Part shown: positions 36,785-47,362 of the stretch, in pieces | Position numbering within the stretch: the stretch's first letter is position 1 | Layout: each line of letters starts with the position of its first letter | Origin: Candidatus Nitrosopumilus limneticus | GTDB lineage: Archaea; Thermoproteota; Nitrososphaeria; Nitrososphaerales; Nitrosopumilaceae | Assembly: GCA_022117465.1 (NCBI GenBank) | Contig: JAHCGZ010000005.1 | Coordinates: 7,544-71,543, forward strand | Reading direction: 5' to 3' | DNA: 64,000 bases | Notes under the pieces: model-generated | Database searches by the model: none | What the model was told of the DNA's origin: nothing | What the model saw: the letters and a program-made list of their open reading frames with translations, nothing else | Program-made: the position numbers and the translations under genes

Positions 36785-38185
36785 ATGACAGCAGGCATAG
36801 ATGATATTGCAATCTATATTCCAAGATTGTATTTAGATGCAGGAGATTTTGCAAATGCAAGAGGTTTAGACCCAGTAAAATTGCAAAAAGGTCTAGGAGT
36901 GTCTCAAATGGCAATTGTAGATGCTAACCAAGATCCAGCATGCTTGGCAGCAAATGCATGTTTACGAGTAATGCAAAAAAATAATCTATCTCCAGATGAC
37001 ATTGGACGATTATACATTTCAACAGAATCAGCATTTGACGAATCAAAAGCAATGAATTCCTATGTTATTGGAATGCTTGAGCAAGTTTATGGTCAAGGTT
37101 CATTTGGACACTGTGGCGGTGTCGAAACAAAATTTGCATGTGTAAGTGGTTCCTATGCATTGTATGACAACACAAATTGGATTAGAGCAGGTGAAGCAGA
37201 GGGTAAAAGTGCACTAGTAGTAGTATCAGACATTGCAAAATATGATATGGGTTCTAGTGGAGAAATGACACAGGGAGCAGGTTCAGTAGTAATGCTGCTA
37301 AATGATAATCCAAGATTATTAGAATTTGATCCTAAAGTAACAGCAACATCAATTAAAGATGAATATGATTTCTACAGACCATTTGGTAAGGAGACACCAA
37401 TTGTACATGGTCAATACTCTAATTTGTTATACATGATTCAAGTTAGAAAAGCTCTAGAAGCATACAAGAAAAAAGTTGTTGCAACAAATTTGATTAAAAT
37501 GAAAGAGGGGGAAACAATTTTAGATCATATGGATTACATTAACATGCACTTACCATATAGTAATATGGGAAAAAAGGCATTAGCATATTTAGTTAGACAT
37601 GAGTGGCGTCAACTTCCAAGATGGAAACAAATTTTAGAAAAAATTGGATTAGAAGAACCAATTCCAAAGGATCCTCGAGGTACAATTGAATCTGTTTTAG
37701 CTGATGAGGAATTTATGGCAAAAGATCATGAGTTTACTAAAATGTTTACCAAAACACAAGAGTATCAAGACGTCTATGAATCAAAATTATCTAGTTCACT
37801 TATTGCATCTACAATGATTGGTAATTTGTATACGGCATCACTTTATCTTGGATTTAGAAGTTGTTTAGAATTTGAATATCAAAAAGGTGTAGATTTAGAA
37901 GGTAAAAGAATTGGATTTGGATCATATGGTAGTGGAAGTAGTGCAATGGTATTCAGTGGAGTGGTTAGACCTGAATTCAAAGAAGTTGTAAAGAGTATGA
38001 ATCTTGAGGCAGAAATAGGACCAAGAAGAAGATTAACATGGAGTGAATACGAGGAACTACATGAAAATAGATTATCTCCAGAAGAATCCAAAGTACATAC
38101 AAAAAAAGAATTTGTCTTAGTGGATATAAAACAGATAAAGAATCTAGAGGAGAAAGACGATATGTCTTTACCCAATAAATTTTAA
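36785..38185 (+). CDS. hmgB: Hydroxymethylglutaryl-CoA synthase; C-terminus probably frameshifted, true stop likely 38176-38178
   Basis: STESAFDESK, ETKFACVSG, TQGAGSV, HLPY, IGNLYTAS, GSYGSG. Confidence 0.93.
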   Translation: MTAGIDDIAIYIPRLYLDAGDFANARGLDPVKLQKGLGVSQMAIVDANQDPACLAANACLRVMQKNNLSPDDIGRLYISTESAFDESKAMNSYVIGMLEQVYGQGSFGHCGGVETKFACVSGSYALYDNTNWIRAGEAEGKSALVVVSDIAKYDMGSSGEMTQGAGSVVMLLNDNPRLLEFDPKVTATSIKDEYDFYRPFGKETPIVHGQYSNLLYMIQVRKALEAYKKKVVATNLIKMKEGETILDHMDYINMHLPYSNMGKKALAYLVRHEWRQLPRWKQILEKIGLEEPIPKDPRGTIESVLADEEFMAKDHEFTKMFTKTQEYQDVYESKLSSSLIASTMIGNLYTASLYLGFRSCLEFEYQKGVDLEGKRIGFGSYGSGSSAMVFSGVVRPEFKEVVKSMNLEAEIGPRRRLTWSEYEELHENRLSPEESKVHTKKEFVLVDIKQIKNLEEKDDMSLPNKF

Positions 38186-38269
38186 AATTAAAACATATAG
38201 CTCACTTTCCGTCATTAAACTATTCTTAAAATGAGTAACTCACGCATGAAATTTAGAATCTAAATTGTC

Positions 38270-38473
38270 TTATCCCCACCACCAAAACCTTCCAGTTGTT
38301 TTGATCAGGGATTTGATACCTGCAATATTTTTAGGATTCAATTCAATTTCTTTATGTTCTGCTAAAACGTGTTCTTTAACCATTAACATTAATTCTTCTT
38401 CATTATTTGTTGTTGATGATGCTGACCAACTACAATCTTTGCCTGCATCTTTGCAACTAATTGATTTAGTCAT
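38270..38473 (-). CDS. DUF1059 family small metal-binding protein
   Basis: SISCKDAGKDC...EEELM..VKEH...H. Confidence 0.75.
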   Translation of the reverse strand: MTKSISCKDAGKDCSWSASSTTNNEEELMLMVKEHVLAEHKEIELNPKNIAGIKSLIKTTGRFWWWG

Positions 38474-38517
38474 AATCTTTTAACTTTTTATTTGAACTTA
38501 AGCGTATGGTTTAGAAT

Positions 38518-38658
38518 CTAACTGCATTTTGGACATTGACAAGATACGGTTCTAAGGTCTTCTTCATCTTGAAACCACATACTATGACTTGAATTGCTAT
38601 GAATATCTAATTTACAAGAACTGCAAATAAATTCTAAATTAAGAAATAGTAATTTTAT
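38518..38658 (-). pseudogene. Zn-binding micro-ORF (CSSC...CQCPKC) with no canonical in-frame start
   Basis: Translated by hand; a TTG at 38662 would join the frame if one T were removed. Confidence 0.35.
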
Positions 38659-40046
38659 TCAACGTAGTGATGATGATTAAGATTGTCATAGAATCTAACC
38701 GATTTTATGTTTACAAATTCAAGCATCCCATATCTTGATAATTCTCTTCCAAATCCACTTTGTTTTATTCCGCCAAATGGAATTCTTGGATCTGAAATTA
38801 CCACATTATTGACACTAACTATTCCAGATTCTATTTGTCTTGATATTTTTTCAGCTTTATTTAGATCATTAGTCCAAATACTTGCCCCTAATCCAAATTT
38901 TGTATCATTTGCTAATCTTATAGCTTCACTTTCATTTTCTACTATTGTTATAGGAGCAACTGGACCAAATGTTTCTTCTTTTGCAATTCTCATATTTGAT
39001 TTAACATTTGTAAGGATTGTTGGTTGGTAAAAGTAACCTTTCCCATCTATATCTGAACCACCTAAAAGAATTTCAGCACCATTTTTTTTTGCATCTTCAA
39101 CAATTCCAGAAATTGTTTCTAACCCGCTTTTACTTGATAAAGGTCCAATATCAGTTTCCATTAAAGTAGGATCTCCAACTTTTAATTGTGATGCTTTTTT
39201 GATAAATAATTCAATAAAATCTTTAGCAATATTTTTACCAACAAAGAATCTTTTTGAAGCAACACAGCTTTGACCACAATTAATGAATCTGCCTTTAACA
39301 GCTCCTTCTGCGGCTTTTTCAATAATTGCATCATCTAATACAATAAATGGATCACTACCTCCAAGCTCCAAAACACATTTTTTTAAATTTCTTGCAGCTC
39401 TTTCGCCTACCTGGGCACCTGCATCTGTGCTACCTGTAAATGTCACTGCATTAACATCAGAATCTATGAGATGATTAGCAGCATCTACACTTCCAACTAT
39501 CGTCTGAAATATTCCATCTGGCATACCTGATTCAGTAAATGCTTTTTCAATTTCTATTCCCGATTGAAGGGTAATTCTAGATGGTTTCATCACTATTACA
39601 TTTCCTGCCATTAAACATGGTGCAGCAAATCTCAGAGCTTGCCAATAAGGAAAATTCCAAGGCATGATTGAACCAATTACGCCAAGGGGTTCAAAAGTAA
39701 GAAAACTTTTTCTTGCATCTGTGTTTAATACCTCATCAGAAAGAAAACTATCTCCATGATCTGCATAAAACTCCAAAGCCCATGCGCATTTTTCAATTTC
39801 ACTAATTGACTCTTTAATTGCTTTTCCCATTTCAGATGTTGCAACTTTTGCCAATTCCATTTTGTTCTTTTTTAAATATTCAACTAAATTGTAAACATGA
39901 CTTCTACGTTTTTCATAATCTTTTTTCCATTCTGGAAAAGATCTCTTTGCTTTTCCAACTAACTGAAATACTTGCTCTTTATCCATTGAGGAATATTTTC
40001 CAATCTCTTCCCCCGTTGCAGGATTTGTGGTAGTTATTTGATTCAG
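38655..40046 (-). CDS. NAD(P)-dependent aldehyde dehydrogenase (succinate-semialdehyde dehydrogenase-like); probable CTG start at 40046
   Basis: PWNFP, FTGS, LELGGSDP, GQSC, EETFGP, FGGIKQSGFGRE; in-frame upstream NQITTTNPATGE. Confidence 0.92.
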   Translation of the reverse strand: MNQITTTNPATGEEIGKYSSMDKEQVFQLVGKAKRSFPEWKKDYEKRRSHVYNLVEYLKKNKMELAKVATSEMGKAIKESISEIEKCAWALEFYADHGDSFLSDEVLNTDARKSFLTFEPLGVIGSIMPWNFPYWQALRFAAPCLMAGNVIVMKPSRITLQSGIEIEKAFTESGMPDGIFQTIVGSVDAANHLIDSDVNAVTFTGSTDAGAQVGERAARNLKKCVLELGGSDPFIVLDDAIIEKAAEGAVKGRFINCGQSCVASKRFFVGKNIAKDFIELFIKKASQLKVGDPTLMETDIGPLSSKSGLETISGIVEDAKKNGAEILLGGSDIDGKGYFYQPTILTNVKSNMRIAKEETFGPVAPITIVENESEAIRLANDTKFGLGASIWTNDLNKAEKISRQIESGIVSVNNVVISDPRIPFGGIKQSGFGRELSRYGMLEFVNIKSVRFYDNLNHHHYVE

Positions 40047-40350
40047 GTTTTTACTAACCCATTCTCTTATTTAATTCAGTGATTTTATCAAATTTTTGTG
40101 TACCCTGAAAGTATTTTTCTAATCAAATAATGTTATGAGATATCAATAGTGACCATTGATTCAAGTTTACTCAATTTTTCTTCTAATACAATTTTTTTAG
40201 ATTAATTAAATTTAATTTAAAATAAAATTATATCTAGTTAGTAATTTGATATTTTTTAATTTTTTATCTTAAAAAGCCCATAACTAATTGATTATTATCA
40301 AATAACAATCAAATAATTAGATTTTAATGAAGAAAGGCTAGACATAAAAT

Positions 40351-40898
40351 ATGGATGAGGAGATAAATCCAATAAAGGATTTCTTATTTGAATATATTAA
40401 AAAATCAAATACGATTTTAAAATTAATTTCTGAAAAAAAATTTGATGTAATTATTAATGAAATAGTTGAGAACTGTTATGACAAAGTTATCTTGATGGAC
40501 AAAAAGGATGTAGCCGTGGGAATTTTAGGCACAGGAATACTACATTATTTACTTACTAATGCCCTAATTAACAGTCAAAGAAAAATAGATTATCAAGGAT
40601 TAGAATTAGACATTGTAATTCCAGACATTAGAACACTGGAAAAAGATGCCAAAATGACACTTTTAGTTTTAATTCCAAAATCATCAGATAAAAAAATCAT
40701 AAATAAAAAATTTCTGAATTAAGTGAGATACAACCAATAAAAGAAAATATTTGGGTTATATTATCTGAAGAAATACAACTTGATTACAAATCATTTGTAT
40801 TATCTAAAGAGAACAACACATTTTCAAAAATAATTTTTGATATTGCACAATTTACTAATGTTAGTAAATCAAATAAATTTAAAATTTTACGTATATAA
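40351..40898 (+). CDS. Hypothetical protein with an apparent 1-nt deletion in the A-run at 40705-40710
   Basis: Reading continues ...KKISELSEIQPIKENIWVIL to TAA at 40896-40898 in the adjacent frame. Confidence 0.65.
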
Positions 40899-40906
40899 TT
40901 TCTAAA

Positions 40907-41590
40907 TTATTTTAATAATAATTTCATGTCAATATTTTTTTTAAAAATTCGATGTAATGAATCATCACTCATATCTTTAATAAACGGAATTGAACCTAAA
41001 ACTTTAATTCCAGTTAAATTTTCTAAATCTTTTTTCAATTGATCAACAGGATAGCCATCATCAAAATTATTAATTATAATTCCTTTAATTGGAATATTAT
41101 ATTTTTTACACATCATTACAGTCATTAAAGTATGATTTACAGTTCCAATCCTACTTCTAGTTACAATAACTGTTGAAAGTTTCATATCTTTTATCAAATT
41201 TGCAACATAGTAATCTTTGAGAATAGGAGTCATAGTACCACCCATACCTTCAACAATCATTACTTCATGAATTTTAGCTAGTTTTTTAAAACTAGAAAGA
41301 ATTAATGAGATTTTTGGTTTTATTTTTAATTTTTTCCATGCAGTATATGGAGATGCAGAAATTGGAAAAAATTGAGGATTAACTAGAGATTCTGGATCAT
41401 TAATTTGAGCGGCATTACATAAAATCTCAACATCTTCAGACTTGAATCCCTTTTTTTGTGCAATACCTGCAGCAAATGGTTTCATTATACCAACATCCAT
41501 GCCCATTTTTCTTAAAGTAATTGCTAATCCAGCAGCGATGTATGTTTTACCTACATCAGTATCAGTTCCAGTAATGAATAATGATTTCAA
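40907..41590 (-). CDS. bioD: Dethiobiotin synthetase
   Basis: FITGTDTDVGKT, MKP, VEGMGG, GTVNHT. Confidence 0.93.
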   Translation of the reverse strand: MKSLFITGTDTDVGKTYIAAGLAITLRKMGMDVGIMKPFAAGIAQKKGFKSEDVEILCNAAQINDPESLVNPQFFPISASPYTAWKKLKIKPKISLILSSFKKLAKIHEVMIVEGMGGTMTPILKDYYVANLIKDMKLSTVIVTRSRIGTVNHTLMTVMMCKKYNIPIKGIIINNFDDGYPVDQLKKDLENLTGIKVLGSIPFIKDMSDDSLHRIFKKNIDMKLLLK

Positions 41591-41771
41591 TATTTCATCA
41601 AAACATCATTCATTGATTAATTCATCGGTTTTTCAAATTAATGATGAAAATAAGGAAAAAAAATTTATCTTCAGAATAACTAGATCAAATAGCATAATTG
41701 AGATATTTTTAGATTAATTATATCAAAATAACAACAACAAATTATTACCTTCTGAAATTTATGAAAATAAC

Positions 41772-43086
41772 TTGAAAGTTCTGTATGGCATCCAAATACA
41801 CAAATGAATGAATGGGAAGAATTGATAAAATAACAAAAGGTAAGGGAATATGGCTAATTGATTCTAAAGGTAACAAAATAATAGATGCAGTAGGATCGAT
41901 GTGGTGTAATGTTTGGGGTCATTCTAATCCTCAATTAATTAATGCAATTACAACACAAAGTAAAAAAATTCAACATTCATCATTGTTTAATCTTACAAAT
42001 GAGCCAATAGAAAAATTAGCGAAAAACCTCACAAGAATTTCTCCTGGAATGAACAAGGTATTTTTTTCAGATAATGGTTCTTCAGCAATGGAAATTGCCA
42101 TAAAAATGGCATTACAGTATTGGAGTAATATTGGAGAAACAAAAAAAACACAAATTGCAACACTAGAAAATGGATATCATGGAGACACATTTGGTGCAAT
42201 GTCAGTTGGATATGTTCCAGAATTTTTTGGAAAATTTAAAAAACAATTATTTTCAACAATTCAATTTCCAGTTCCTAACAAATACAGAGTTCCAAATGGA
42301 ATTACATTAGTAGATTATCAAAATAATTGTTTAGATAAAATTGAAAAAAGATTTTCAAAAAATAATGATATTGCAGCATTCATAATGGAAAGTGGTGCAC
42401 AAATGGCAGGTGGAGTTATAATATATCCACAAGAATTTCAAAGAAAAATTAGTAAATTATGTAAAAAATATAACATATTATTTGTACTAGATGAAATTGC
42501 AACAGGTTTTGGACGATTAGGATCGATGGTACAATATGAAGAGCAAAAAAGTATTCCAGACATTGTGGCTTATGGTAAAATGTTAACAGGAGGGTATCTA
42601 ACAATGGCAGCTACACTTGCAAATAAAAAAATCTATGATTCATTTTCAGGAGAATTTTATGATTGGAAACATCTATTTCATGGACATACGTTTACAGGAA
42701 ATCCAATTGCAGCATCAGTAGCCAATGAAAATATTCTCATGTATGAAAAATATAATTTAATTAAAAAAATTCAAAAAACATCAAAAATATTTTCTAAATA
42801 TTATCAAGAAATTTTAGATATTGACATTGTTGGGGATATAAGACACAAGGGAATGCTTATGGGAATTGAACTGGTATCAAATAAAGAAAAGAAAATTCCA
42901 ATTCGTACAAAAAAATCAATCAATAAAGTATTTTTTGAAGAGGGCAAGAAACAGGGAATTTATCTTAGAACACTTGGAAATATTGTGATGTTAGTACCAC
43001 CGTTATCTATCAAGGAAAATGAACTTGATATGCTACTATCAAGAACAATTAAGACTATTCAGGCAGCAAAATCAAAGATAATCTGA
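41772..43086 (+). CDS. bioA: Adenosylmethionine-8-amino-7-oxononanoate aminotransferase; N-terminus affected by apparent indels
   Basis: WHPNTQM upstream in another frame; SMWCNVWGH, SDNGSSAMEIA, GYHGDT, DEIATGFGR, GKMLTGG, HGHTFTGN. Confidence 0.93.
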
Positions 43087-43087
43087 C

Positions 43088-43117
43088 TGTTAACTGCTAA
43101 AAATTCAGGGGTTAACA
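43088..43117. promoter_or_regulatory. Inverted repeat TGTTAAC-N16-GTTAACA upstream of bioB (BirA-operator-like)
   Basis: Exact 7-bp arms, about 11 nt upstream of TTTATAAA (43129-43136) and the bioB ATG at 43158. Confidence 0.65.
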
Positions 43118-43157
43118 ATTACCATATTTTTATAAATGGAATAAAAAATATTTCAAC

Positions 43158-44135
43158 ATGAGCAGTTTGGAATTCATTAAAGAATGTCAAGAAAAAGTAT
43201 TTTCTGGAGAGAGAATTTCAACAGAAGATGCAAAAAATTTATTCAATGTACCAGAAGAAGATCTTAAAGAATTAGCAAAGTGTGCCAATGAAATAACTAG
43301 AGAATATAATGGAAGTAAAGTCGATGTTGAGCAATTAAATAATATTAAAAAAAATGCATGTAGTGAGGATTGCACATTTTGTGCCCAATCAGCATTTTTT
43401 GATACTGGTATTGAAACATACCAACTACCTACACCAGAGATGGTTGTAATTAAAGCAAAAAAAGCAAAAGATGAGGGAGCAGAATCATATTGTCTAGTTG
43501 CAGCATGGAGACAACCATCATCAAAAGATTTCATAGAGGTATGTAAAATTATAACACAGATAAATGAGAAAGTTGGAATTAATGTTGAGTGCAGTTTAGG
43601 TTTTCTAACAAAGGAACAAGCAACAAAACTAAAAGAACTTAAAGTAAAAAGATATAATCATAATTTAGAAACAGCAAAATCCAAATTTCCAGAAATTTGT
43701 ACAACTCATACATATCAAGATAGACTGAATACACTTGAAATTGCAAGAGAAGCTGGATTAGAATTATGCACTGGAGGAATTATTGGTTTAGGCGAAACAA
43801 GAGAACAAAGAATAGAATTGACATTAGAATTGGCAAGAATATATCCAGAAGAAGTTACAATAAACATACTAGTTCCAGTACCTGGAACACCATTAGAACT
43901 GCAAGTAAATTTACCTAATTCGGAAATTATCAGAATATTTTCAGTAATACGTTTTCTATTACCAGAATCTGTAATTAAAATTTCAGGAGGTAGAGAAACT
44001 AACTTGGATGATTCAGGAGAGGAATTACTGCAAAGTGGAGCAAATGGAATTATCACTCAAGGATATCTAACAATGGGCGGAAATGATGCTCAAAAAGACC
44101 GTAAAATGATTGAAAGAATTGGTCTTGAAGCATAA
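43158..44135 (+). CDS. bioB: Biotin synthase
   Basis: CSEDCTFCAQS radical SAM motif, YNHNLET, CTGGIIGLGE, ISGGRE. Confidence 0.95.
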   Translation: MSSLEFIKECQEKVFSGERISTEDAKNLFNVPEEDLKELAKCANEITREYNGSKVDVEQLNNIKKNACSEDCTFCAQSAFFDTGIETYQLPTPEMVVIKAKKAKDEGAESYCLVAAWRQPSSKDFIEVCKIITQINEKVGINVECSLGFLTKEQATKLKELKVKRYNHNLETAKSKFPEICTTHTYQDRLNTLEIAREAGLELCTGGIIGLGETREQRIELTLELARIYPEEVTINILVPVPGTPLELQVNLPNSEIIRIFSVIRFLLPESVIKISGGRETNLDDSGEELLQSGANGIITQGYLTMGGNDAQKDRKMIERIGLEA

Positions 44136-45249
44136 ACTCAATTTCATCGATGTAGAGTTAGATAAAATTAAAGAGAATAATTTATACCGAAAATTGCAAT
44201 ATGGAAAAGCACAAGGATCGCACATTACAATCAGAAATAAAAAATTAATCAACTTATGTTCAAATGACTATTTAGGAATTCCAATTACAAAAATACAAAC
44301 AAATCAACTCCAATCAAGTTCAAGATTAGTTTCAGGAAACGATGAATCATATAAAAAATTGGAAAAAATTCTTGCAAAACACAAATCACAACAAAATAGT
44401 TTGATTTATCCTACAGGATATATGGCAAATTTAGGATCAATTTCAGCAATAGCAAAAAAAGGAGATTTAATTCTTAGTGATGAATTTAACCATGCCAGTA
44501 TTATAGAATCATGTAAATTATCTGGAGCCAATATATCGATTTACAAACACAATGACATGCATGATTTGAATCAAAAAATAAAAAAACAAGGAAAAAATAA
44601 GTTTATCATTACAGAGGGAGTATTTAGTATGGATGGAGATTTTTCATCATTAAATGAGATTACAGAAATTTCACAGAAAAAGAATGCAATAACAATTGTG
44701 GATGACGCACATGGAGATTTTGTAATAGGCAAAGAAGGAAAGGGAACACCTGAATATTTCAAAGTAGCAAAAAAAATTGATTTGTATGTCAGTAGTTTAA
44801 GTAAGGGATTAGGATCTTTTGGCGGATATGTTGCATCGCAAAATAACGTAATTGATGCATGTATAAATAAATCAAAATCATTTATCTATACTTCAGCATT
44901 ACCATCGTTTTTAGTAGAACATTCTATTAAAAGAATAGAATCAAACAGAGAAATTCAGAAAAATAAATTAGAAAACAACATAAAAAAATTATCAAATGGA
45001 TTAAAAACAATTGGATATGAAATAAATTCAAAAACACAGATAATACCAATAATTGTAGGAGACGAAAAGAAAGCAATGGATTTTGGTAAATTTTTATTTA
45101 AAAATGGAGTATTTGCACAACCAATTAGATATCCAACTGTTCCAAAAAATCAGGCAAGATTAAGAATATCAGTTACTGCATGGCTAAAAAATTCAGAGAT
45201 AGAAAAATCCTTAAAAATATTTGAAAAGGGTTACACGAAATTCTTTTGA
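44110..45249 (+). CDS. bioF: 8-amino-7-oxononanoate synthase
   Basis: NLCSNDYLG, TGYMANLG, NHASII, FSMDGD, DDAHG, SLSKGLG, IRYPTVP. Confidence 0.92.
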   Translation: MKELVLKHKLNFIDVELDKIKENNLYRKLQYGKAQGSHITIRNKKLINLCSNDYLGIPITKIQTNQLQSSSRLVSGNDESYKKLEKILAKHKSQQNSLIYPTGYMANLGSISAIAKKGDLILSDEFNHASIIESCKLSGANISIYKHNDMHDLNQKIKKQGKNKFIITEGVFSMDGDFSSLNEITEISQKKNAITIVDDAHGDFVIGKEGKGTPEYFKVAKKIDLYVSSLSKGLGSFGGYVASQNNVIDACINKSKSFIYTSALPSFLVEHSIKRIESNREIQKNKLENNIKKLSNGLKTIGYEINSKTQIIPIIVGDEKKAMDFGKFLFKNGVFAQPIRYPTVPKNQARLRISVTAWLKNSEIEKSLKIFEKGYTKFF

Positions 45250-45372
45250 TTATCGTGCAGCATCAGCAGCACCAAAGTCTAAATTTAAAGGATTTGCCGG
45301 TGAACCAATAATTACTGCAAAGACGATGACAATAGCAAGAGCTATGCCTACAAGAACAAATCGAGTTTTCAT
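45250..45372 (-). CDS. 40-aa single-TM micro-protein MKTRFVLVGIALAIVIVFAVIIGSPANP...
   Basis: Translated by hand. Confidence 0.45.
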   Translation of the reverse strand: MKTRFVLVGIALAIVIVFAVIIGSPANPLNLDFGAADAAR

Positions 45373-45467
45373 ATATAAAATATCAAATGCCTAGATAAAA
45401 ATGGATTGTGTGAGCATTAGTCAAAATTTGTAAGAAGGCTTTAAAATAAAAATAATGAATCCACCAT

Positions 45468-46199
45468 ATGGCTGATCCCACAATTCTAATAGCATTTTCA
45501 GCAGGATTGGCGTCATTTATTGCACCATGTATTTTACCAATGATCCCAGCATTTTTGGCATATATTTCAGGAACAACATTAACAGAAATTAATAATGGAC
45601 AAAAATCTAATTTTAAAATAAATAAAATCAATATTATATCAAATACAATATTTTTTGTTTTAGGATTTTCTGTTGTTTTTTCAATTTTAGGAGTTTTAAT
45701 CAACAGTATATTATCAGAAAATATTAATCAATTTGCAAATAGTCTTAATTGGGTAGCTGGAATTATTATAATTATTTTTGGAATATTTTTATTATTATCT
45801 ACAAAAATTAACTCATTAAACAAAGAGAAAAAATTTCATATTAAGAATTTTAAATCAAGTTATCCAATGTCATTTGTATTTGGTTTAGCATTTGCAATTG
45901 GATGGACACCATGTGTAGGACCAATATTAGGAACAATACTTACTTTAGCTGCAACAACTCCATCAACATCATTTACTTTACTATTATGCTATTCCATAGG
46001 ATTAGGAATTCCATTTATCTTAATAGGAACATTTTTTTCAAAATCTACAAAAATTATTTCTTCAATGACAAAACATTTAAAATATTATAACATAGTTCTA
46101 GGAGGATTTATTATTCTATTAGGTATTCTAATATTTACAAATCAACTTGCATATATTGCAAATTTTCCACTTCTTAACGAGCTTGTGATGTTAGGATGA
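45468..46199 (+). CDS. ccdA: Cytochrome c biogenesis CcdA / DsbD transmembrane domain
   Basis: SFIAPCILP, WTPCVGPILG; about 6 TM helices. Confidence 0.9.
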   Translation: MADPTILIAFSAGLASFIAPCILPMIPAFLAYISGTTLTEINNGQKSNFKINKINIISNTIFFVLGFSVVFSILGVLINSILSENINQFANSLNWVAGIIIIIFGIFLLLSTKINSLNKEKKFHIKNFKSSYPMSFVFGLAFAIGWTPCVGPILGTILTLAATTPSTSFTLLLCYSIGLGIPFILIGTFFSKSTKIISSMTKHLKYYNIVLGGFIILLGILIFTNQLAYIANFPLLNELVMLG

Positions 46200-47269
46200 A
46201 TGTTGAAATAAAAACAGGAATAATTTTTGGAGGAATTATTGTTACTGCAATAGTATTTCTGATGTTTCTATTCATAGGATTAGATGAATTTACGCTAACA
46301 AATCAAGATTCAGATACTAAAAAAGCACCAAATTTAGTAGGAATATCACATTATCTGAATACAAATAATGTTGAATTAGCCAATAAAATGGAGGGTAAAG
46401 TGGTACTGTATGATATTTGGACATATAGTTGCATTAATTGTATCAGAACATTACCATACATCACATCATGGAATGAAAAATATTCAGAACAAGGATTATT
46501 GATTATTGGAATACATTCACCAGAATTTGAATTTGAAAAAGATCCACAAAATGTTAAAATTGCAATTGAAAAGTATGGAATAACTTATCCAGTAGTTATG
46601 GATAATGAGATGAAAACATGGAAAGCATTTGAAAATAATTATTGGCCAAGAAAGTATATAGCTGATCATGAAGGAAATTTAAGATATGATCATATTGGAG
46701 AAGGATCCTATCAAGAGACAGAAAAAATTATTCAACAATTACTTGCAGAAAGATCAGTAGCCATGGGTTTAGAAAATACATCTGAAAATGAGTTAGTAGT
46801 GATTGAAGAATTTGAACATACATTATTTAGAACTCCAGAATTATATTTTGGTTATAAATTTGCACAGAATAGAAATCAATTAGGAAGTGAAGAGGGATAT
46901 CAACCCGGCAAAATTGTAACATATGGTAAACCAAGTAATTTCGAATTAAACAAATTTTATCCAATTGGAAGTTGGAAAAATTATGAAGACAGTATGGAAT
47001 TGACAGAATCAACAGGTACTATCAAAGTTTCATTCAATGCAAAAGAAGTAAATATTGTTACTAAAAATAATGCACGATTAGAAATATTTCTTGATGGAAT
47101 TCCATTAACTAGTGAGTATGCAGGTTCAGACATTAATTTTCAAAATATAATGAATGTGTCTAATCCAGGTATGTATAACATCATAAGCAGTGAGACAAGT
47201 ATATCCCGTATAATGGAAATAAAGATTGAAGGCAAAGGATTTCAGGCATTTACTTTTACTTTTGGATAG
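46196..47269 (+). CDS. Membrane-anchored redoxin (DipZ C-terminal-like)
   Basis: DIWTYSCINCIRTLP, GIHSPEF, NNYWP, RTPELYFG. Confidence 0.88.
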   Translation: MNVEIKTGIIFGGIIVTAIVFLMFLFIGLDEFTLTNQDSDTKKAPNLVGISHYLNTNNVELANKMEGKVVLYDIWTYSCINCIRTLPYITSWNEKYSEQGLLIIGIHSPEFEFEKDPQNVKIAIEKYGITYPVVMDNEMKTWKAFENNYWPRKYIADHEGNLRYDHIGEGSYQETEKIIQQLLAERSVAMGLENTSENELVVIEEFEHTLFRTPELYFGYKFAQNRNQLGSEEGYQPGKIVTYGKPSNFELNKFYPIGSWKNYEDSMELTESTGTIKVSFNAKEVNIVTKNNARLEIFLDGIPLTSEYAGSDINFQNIMNVSNPGMYNIISSETSISRIMEIKIEGKGFQAFTFTFG

Positions 47270-47310
47270 GCTGTAACTGCAAATAGTGTAACTGTAGGTA
47301 CAATTACAGC
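47270..47310. promoter_or_regulatory. Three TGTAAYTG boxes upstream of cdvB
   Basis: TGTAACTG at 47272 and 47287; inverted CAATTACA at 47301. Confidence 0.4.
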
Positions 47311-47362
47311 AGATACAAATTACTTTAAAAGAAAAAAATCAATAGTATTTGTTGAAAATAAG

